A DNA stretch of 46,240 nucleotides from Cytophagales bacterium (GTDB lineage Bacteria > Bacteroidota > Bacteroidia > Cytophagales > UBA9547). The notes beneath the pieces were generated by a model that made no database searches, was not told the origin of the DNA, and worked only from the letters and a program-made list of their open reading frames with translations. Positions within the stretch are counted from its first letter, which is position 1. Each line of letters begins with the position of its first letter. Shown piece after piece: positions 42,209-46,240 of this stretch. The DNA lies in the NCBI GenBank assembly GCA_004294265.1, contig REAG01000119.1:1-46240 (forward strand), read 5' to 3'. Position numbers and translations under genes: made by a program.

Positions 42209-42700
42209 TTTACACAAAGCGAATCATAATATTTAAAATATTTACACAAAGCGAACCATATTTTTATATTATTTTGTATCAAAGCTTACTATAATATTTA
42301 CATAAAGCGAACCTTATTTTTTCAATATTTTGTATTAAAGCGTACCATATTTATTTAAAATATTTACACAAAGCGTATCTTATTTTTTCTATATTTTGTA
42401 ATAAAGCGAACCATATTTTTATGTTATTTTGTATCAAAGCGTACTATAATATTTACACAAAGCGAACCTTATTTTTTCAATATTTTGTATTAAAGCGTAC
42501 CATATTTATTTAAAATATTTACACAAAGCGAACCATATTTTTATGTTATTTTGTATCAAAGCGAACCATGATATTTAATATATTTACACAAAGAGAACCT
42601 TATTTTTTCAATATTTTGTATTAAAGCGAATTATAATATTTAAAATATTTACACAAAGCGAACCATATTTTTTAAATATTTTGTATTAAAGCGTACCATA
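42209..42700. repeat. Non-coding tandem array of 16 degenerate repeats with near-33-bp period
   Basis: Core AAAGCGWACCWTA preceded by TTTACAC or TTTTGTATY; cores at 42216, 42248, 42281, 42304, 42337, 42370, 42403, 42436, 42459, 42492, 42525, 42558, 42590, 42623, 42655, 42688. Confidence 0.95.
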
Positions 42701-42717
42701 CTTATTTTTTAATATTA

Positions 42718-43098
42718 CTAATAAGCTACTGAAGCGGGGATATTTGGATGCAAAGGATTTGCAATTACAATTTGTTGGGCTGGATGCACCAAAATATCCA
42801 TATCTTCCATCGGAATAGCTCCCAATAAACATTGATTTCCTAAAACCATTGCACCTGTATAGCTAATTCTACCTTTCCAATCTACTTTTATTGGACCTAC
42901 ATAAGGAATTACTTGCGTTGAGCCATCTGCCAAAGTAACGGGTCTTTTTTCGGCAGTTTCTAGTTTGAGTTGAATACATTGCGTTTCGGTAATGCACAAA
43001 TGCAAAGCACCTGTATCCACCAAACTTAACACTTCTATTGACTCCATTTCAGGAAATCGTGGGTTTGAAAGTAGGATGGTTGTTTTTACTAAGCCCAT
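42718..43098 (-). CDS. Clan AA (retropepsin-like) aspartic protease
   Basis: MGLV..., LVDTGA catalytic motif, VTLADG, LLGAIPMEDMD. Confidence 0.88.
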   Translation of the reverse strand: MGLVKTTILLSNPRFPEMESIEVLSLVDTGALHLCITETQCIQLKLETAEKRPVTLADGSTQVIPYVGPIKVDWKGRISYTGAMVLGNQCLLGAIPMEDMDILVHPAQQIVIANPLHPNIPASVAY

Positions 43099-43135
43099 TT
43101 TTGAAATTGATTTGAGTATGAATATAGCTATTTTT

Positions 43136-44110
43136 TTATGGATATTTTATTTTTTTAGACAAAGCTATAAATGGTTTTTCAAAGAATTGATAAAATATAA
43201 CAGAAAAACCTACACAAAATACAATTGCAAATAATACAAAAAATGTTCTATAAAGTTCATCGTTTAAAAAACGAGTGCTTAAATTTATCAAACTTCCACC
43301 TATGGGAACATGAATGAGATAAAGTGAAAAGGATATTTTAGCAAAAAAATCAAATATTGAATTGGAGCAATTAAGAGTTGAAATTGTAATGCTAGTTAAA
43401 ATTCCAATTAAAGATATTAACCAGCCCGAGTAAAAATAAGTGAGTATTGACAAGATGAAAATTATGAAAATAAGCTCATTTAAGGTAATATTTTTTTTAA
43501 AATATAAGCACAATGCAATCCCCAATGAAAATAATGGGGCAAATTTGTGAATTAAATTTAATGAACTTAAATCTATAAAAATAAATCCATTGAATAAAAG
43601 TAAAAACAGGTAAATTGAGAATTTATTTTTAATAATTATTCCCCAAAATAATCCAATTAAAATATAAAATTGAAATTCAATGCCTAATGTCCAATAAACT
43701 ACATTTAAGTATTTTTGTCCATTAAAATTATTTAAGTAGGCAATGTGTCCTAATATATTTTTCCAAGAAAACTCAAAATCTACATGCCTTACCCAAGCTG
43801 ATGCACTAAAAATTATCAATCCTAAAATAATTGATATAATATAAGTTGGTTCTATTCTTATGACTCGCTTTTTAAAAAATGTAAAAATATCTTTATATGA
43901 ATAATTTTGTGGCATAGACCAACAAATTACAAAACCAGATAAAACAAAAAACATATCTAATCCAACGTATCCGTAGGAGGATATTTTATCTAAATAATTA
44001 TTTTGATTCAAATACTCGGAATTTCCGCAAGCGAGATGAAAAAAACAAACCATTAAGGCAGCTGAGCCACGGATAATATTTAGCTGTGGTAAATATTTAT
44101 TACCTATCAT
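43136..44110 (-). CDS. Acyltransferase family 3 (O-acyltransferase)
   Basis: IRGSAALMVCFFH, GLDMFFVLSGF, KRVIRIEP, WTLGIEFQFY, ISFSLYLIH; ATG at 44110 preferred (ATGA overlap with an upstream remnant), alternative start 44128. Confidence 0.9.
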   Translation of the reverse strand: MIGNKYLPQLNIIRGSAALMVCFFHLACGNSEYLNQNNYLDKISSYGYVGLDMFFVLSGFVICWSMPQNYSYKDIFTFFKKRVIRIEPTYIISIILGLIIFSASAWVRHVDFEFSWKNILGHIAYLNNFNGQKYLNVVYWTLGIEFQFYILIGLFWGIIIKNKFSIYLFLLLFNGFIFIDLSSLNLIHKFAPLFSLGIALCLYFKKNITLNELIFIIFILSILTYFYSGWLISLIGILTSITISTLNCSNSIFDFFAKISFSLYLIHVPIGGSLINLSTRFLNDELYRTFFVLFAIVFCVGFSVIFYQFFEKPFIALSKKIKYP

Positions 44111-44202
44111 ATCTTTTCTCGTATCCATTTAGCGGCTTTCCAACCCAAAAATTTTGATATAATTTTGGTTATTTTTCCAGAGGGAAATTCTAAGTTGTAA
44201 GA
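44107..44202 (-). pseudogene. 3' remnant of a GT2-like gene
   Basis: Startless frame SYNLEFPSGKITKIISKFLGWKAAKWIREKI* resembles the end of the 45876 protein (SDLKIKKGKVFNFVQSILGW). Confidence 0.5.
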
Positions 44203-45182
44203 TTACTTTTGTTATTTGGTTTGATTAAAAAATTCCATTCTTGCTCATAACGATTTAAAGCATTAAATAAATTTTTAATTATATGAAACCGTTTTATAAA
44301 AGTAAAAAAATATCTTAAAATATATTTATAAGGTGCTGTTTTGAACAATAATCTTGATTCGCTACAAACTAAAGATGCGTTTAAAAGGGATGTAGCCAAA
44401 AGAGGCTGTCCATTTTTAACATTTTGCCATAGTTTAATCGCTAAATCACGTTGGATTTCTTTTGAAGTTTGAGCGAAAACTGAAGCAATTAGTAAAGATT
44501 GATGAATAATCCATTTATCTTCATTTCCGCTTCTAAATGTTTGTATTGTTTGAGCATAATTTACTAAAGGGGAATGAATTAAGAGAATAGGATGCGGCAA
44601 AACTCTTTCTCTGTAGTGTTCTGTTATATCTATTGGTATGCTAGAGGGTGTTTTCCAGTTTTGAGCGTTTTTTGTTCTCCACACCATGGAACTATTACAA
44701 ACTTTGGCTTTTCCGCATTTATCTATCCAATCAAAGTTAAATAAAGAAGTCCCTTTAATTTCTTTCCAGATATTTTTGCCCGTATCTTCCCAAATATTAT
44801 TTTCCAATTCATTCCATAATTTTTCATTAGTAATTGAAATTTCCAATTTAGGATTACGCTCCATTTCGTAAATTACGGTTTGAAGGAAATCTTTTTCATA
44901 CCAATTATCATCTTCTAAAATACAAGCAAACTCTTCATCAAGTGTACTAAATGCATAATTGAAATTTCCTGTACCGCCTCTTTTTATGTATGGTAAATGT
45001 AAGATTATCCTATCATCGTTATATGAATGAATTAAATCTAATATTTCTTTATCCTCAATATCGTCATTGATTACTTCTACAATCCAATTCTTAAAAGTTT
45101 GGTTTACAACTGAATCTATCGCTCTTTTAAGTAAATGAGGTCGTTTGTAAGTAACGAGATGAACTCGTATTTTAGCTTTCAT
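44190..45182 (-). CDS. Glycosyltransferase family 2
   Basis: VTYKRP, AIDSVVNQT, VINDD, ILEDDN (DxD) motifs; ATG at 45182 (MKAKIRV) preferred over 45245, which overlaps the upstream gene deeply. Confidence 0.88.
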   Translation of the reverse strand: MKAKIRVHLVTYKRPHLLKRAIDSVVNQTFKNWIVEVINDDIEDKEILDLIHSYNDDRIILHLPYIKRGGTGNFNYAFSTLDEEFACILEDDNWYEKDFLQTVIYEMERNPKLEISITNEKLWNELENNIWEDTGKNIWKEIKGTSLFNFDWIDKCGKAKVCNSSMVWRTKNAQNWKTPSSIPIDITEHYRERVLPHPILLIHSPLVNYAQTIQTFRSGNEDKWIIHQSLLIASVFAQTSKEIQRDLAIKLWQNVKNGQPLLATSLLNASLVCSESRLLFKTAPYKYILRYFFTFIKRFHIIKNLFNALNRYEQEWNFLIKPNNKSNLTT

Positions 45183-45876
45183 TGAGTATAAATAAGGCGT
45201 TAAAATAAGATAATCGTGTAGGATTATGCCATACGACTTGATCATAGATTGCCGTTAAATTATATTCTAATGGCTCTAAAAAACTTTTTAATTCAATTAA
45301 ATTTGAATGAATTATATCTGTTTCATCTAATGTACATTCCAATAAAATAGCTTTTATTTTTTTATTTTTCAATAAATTAATTCCTCCTTCCAATACTGTT
45401 TTTTCGAAGCCTTCCACATCAATTTTAAGTAGATCTATTTTGTCTATTGATGTCTTAGTGAAAATATTATCTAACATTTCAACTGATATAGTCTCTGTAT
45501 TTTCTTTATTACCACTAACAGAATTTCTAAGGCTATTTGTTTGACTATCCTGCTCTAATTTTATTATCATTTCACCCTTAAAATTAGAAAGAGCACAGTT
45601 AAATAAATGGATATTTTTAAAGTTTCCGTATTTTTCATTAAGTATTTTATAATTTTTGCTTATCGGTTCAAATGCAAATACAACTAAAGAGTTAAGTTTA
45701 TTTTTAAACCCATCAATTGTCTCTCCTTTGTGAGCACCTACATCAATAATTGTCTTCAAATTAATTTTTAGTCTTTCATCAATATCGTAATAAATGTTAG
45801 TACCAACATTTAAACCTTTAAGTTTTCGCACAAACCAACCTTTAGTTTCTAAGAAGTTTTTAATCTGATTTTTCAT
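45172..45876 (-). CDS. FkbM family SAM-dependent methyltransferase
   Basis: IIDVGAHKG, AFEP, IDLLKIDVEGFE motifs. Confidence 0.92.
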   Translation of the reverse strand: MKNQIKNFLETKGWFVRKLKGLNVGTNIYYDIDERLKINLKTIIDVGAHKGETIDGFKNKLNSLVVFAFEPISKNYKILNEKYGNFKNIHLFNCALSNFKGEMIIKLEQDSQTNSLRNSVSGNKENTETISVEMLDNIFTKTSIDKIDLLKIDVEGFEKTVLEGGINLLKNKKIKAILLECTLDETDIIHSNLIELKSFLEPLEYNLTAIYDQVVWHNPTRLSYFNALFILNES

Positions 45877-46239
45877 TATTTATATTTTAATAATTTTAAC
45901 AATAAACTAGTGTTATACCATCCCAAAATAGACTGAACAAAATTAAATACCTTACCTTTTTTTATTTTTAAATCACTTCCGCCTAATTCTTTAATTTTAT
46001 TTTCAAGAGGCAAAATAAGGTCAGGATAAAAAACTTTGTGTTCATAAACTATGGTCATTAAGCAATTTGCAGAAATTCTTTTTGTTTCCTGATTATTTAA
46101 AACTTCAAGTAGATTGTTAGTAGCCAATTGGGCAGATAAAACTGCCGACTCAACTGCCTTTCTCGATTTTTGTCCTGATAGTGCGTTTGGCAAACCTGAT
46201 CGATAGTATAAAATTGACTTTTCAGAATGAATTATTTTT
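45876..46239 (-). CDS. C-terminal part of a probable GT2 glycosyltransferase (runs off the window)
   Basis: Frame stays open to the window edge: KIIHSEKSILYYRSGLPNALSGQKSRKA...; YYRSG...LS and the terminal LGW helix fit GT2 C-termini. Confidence 0.55.
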   Translation of the reverse strand, partial: KIIHSEKSILYYRSGLPNALSGQKSRKAVESAVLSAQLATNNLLEVLNNQETKRISANCLMTIVYEHKVFYPDLILPLENKIKELGGSDLKIKKGKVFNFVQSILGWYNTSLLLKLLKYK

Positions 46240-46240
46240 T

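Noticed and set aside
42209-42700. CRISPR array
   Set aside because: Repeats are degenerate, the intervening sequences are short, repeated and A/T-only rather than unique spacers, and there are no cas genes in the window
42209-42700. Coding 11-aa repeat protein (33-bp period)
   Set aside because: The 32- and 23-bp spacings break the frame and stops recur (for example MVRFV* on the minus strand); no ORF of 60 aa or more
454-44871. Short alternative-frame and antisense ORFs in the track (for example 8927..9346, 16725..17030, 28785..28976, 42992..43234)
   Set aside because: They overlap well-supported genes and show no recognisable motifs; treated as shadow ORFs

Overview
AT-rich Bacteroidota (probably Cytophagales-like) chromosomal window; the assignment rests on TAnnTTTG/TTTG promoters, T9SS PorP/PorE-like genes and Bacteroidota-type ribosomal proteins. 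Left to right: a PorP/SprF gene and a TPR-PD40-OmpA gene; a 1.5-kb non-coding gap; the S10-spc-alpha ribosomal cluster from rplC to rplQ, which starts at rplC with its own promoter and has no rpsJ in front; DinB, glgB, esterase, flippase and asnB; an enlarged leuS; a small PD-(D/E)XK-like gene; nspC; and a minus-strand surface-polysaccharide locus with several gene remnants. Two structures stand out. (1) leuS (1122 aa, HIGH and KMSKS motifs intact) carries an in-frame DUF559 endonuclease domain bracketed by 35-bp inverted repeats (34/35 identical, each itself palindromic and G-quadruplex-like), plus three more short in-frame palindromic inserts. This looks like a nuclease-plus-REP-like mobile element living inside an essential gene. 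(2) A non-coding array of 16 AAAGCG-core repeats, spaced 33, 32 or 23 bp (about whole helical turns), runs into the promoter of an AAA+/DUF4143 ATPase-nuclease gene, next to a clan AA aspartic protease gene, inside the polysaccharide locus. All family calls come from motif recognition by eye; no database search was run.
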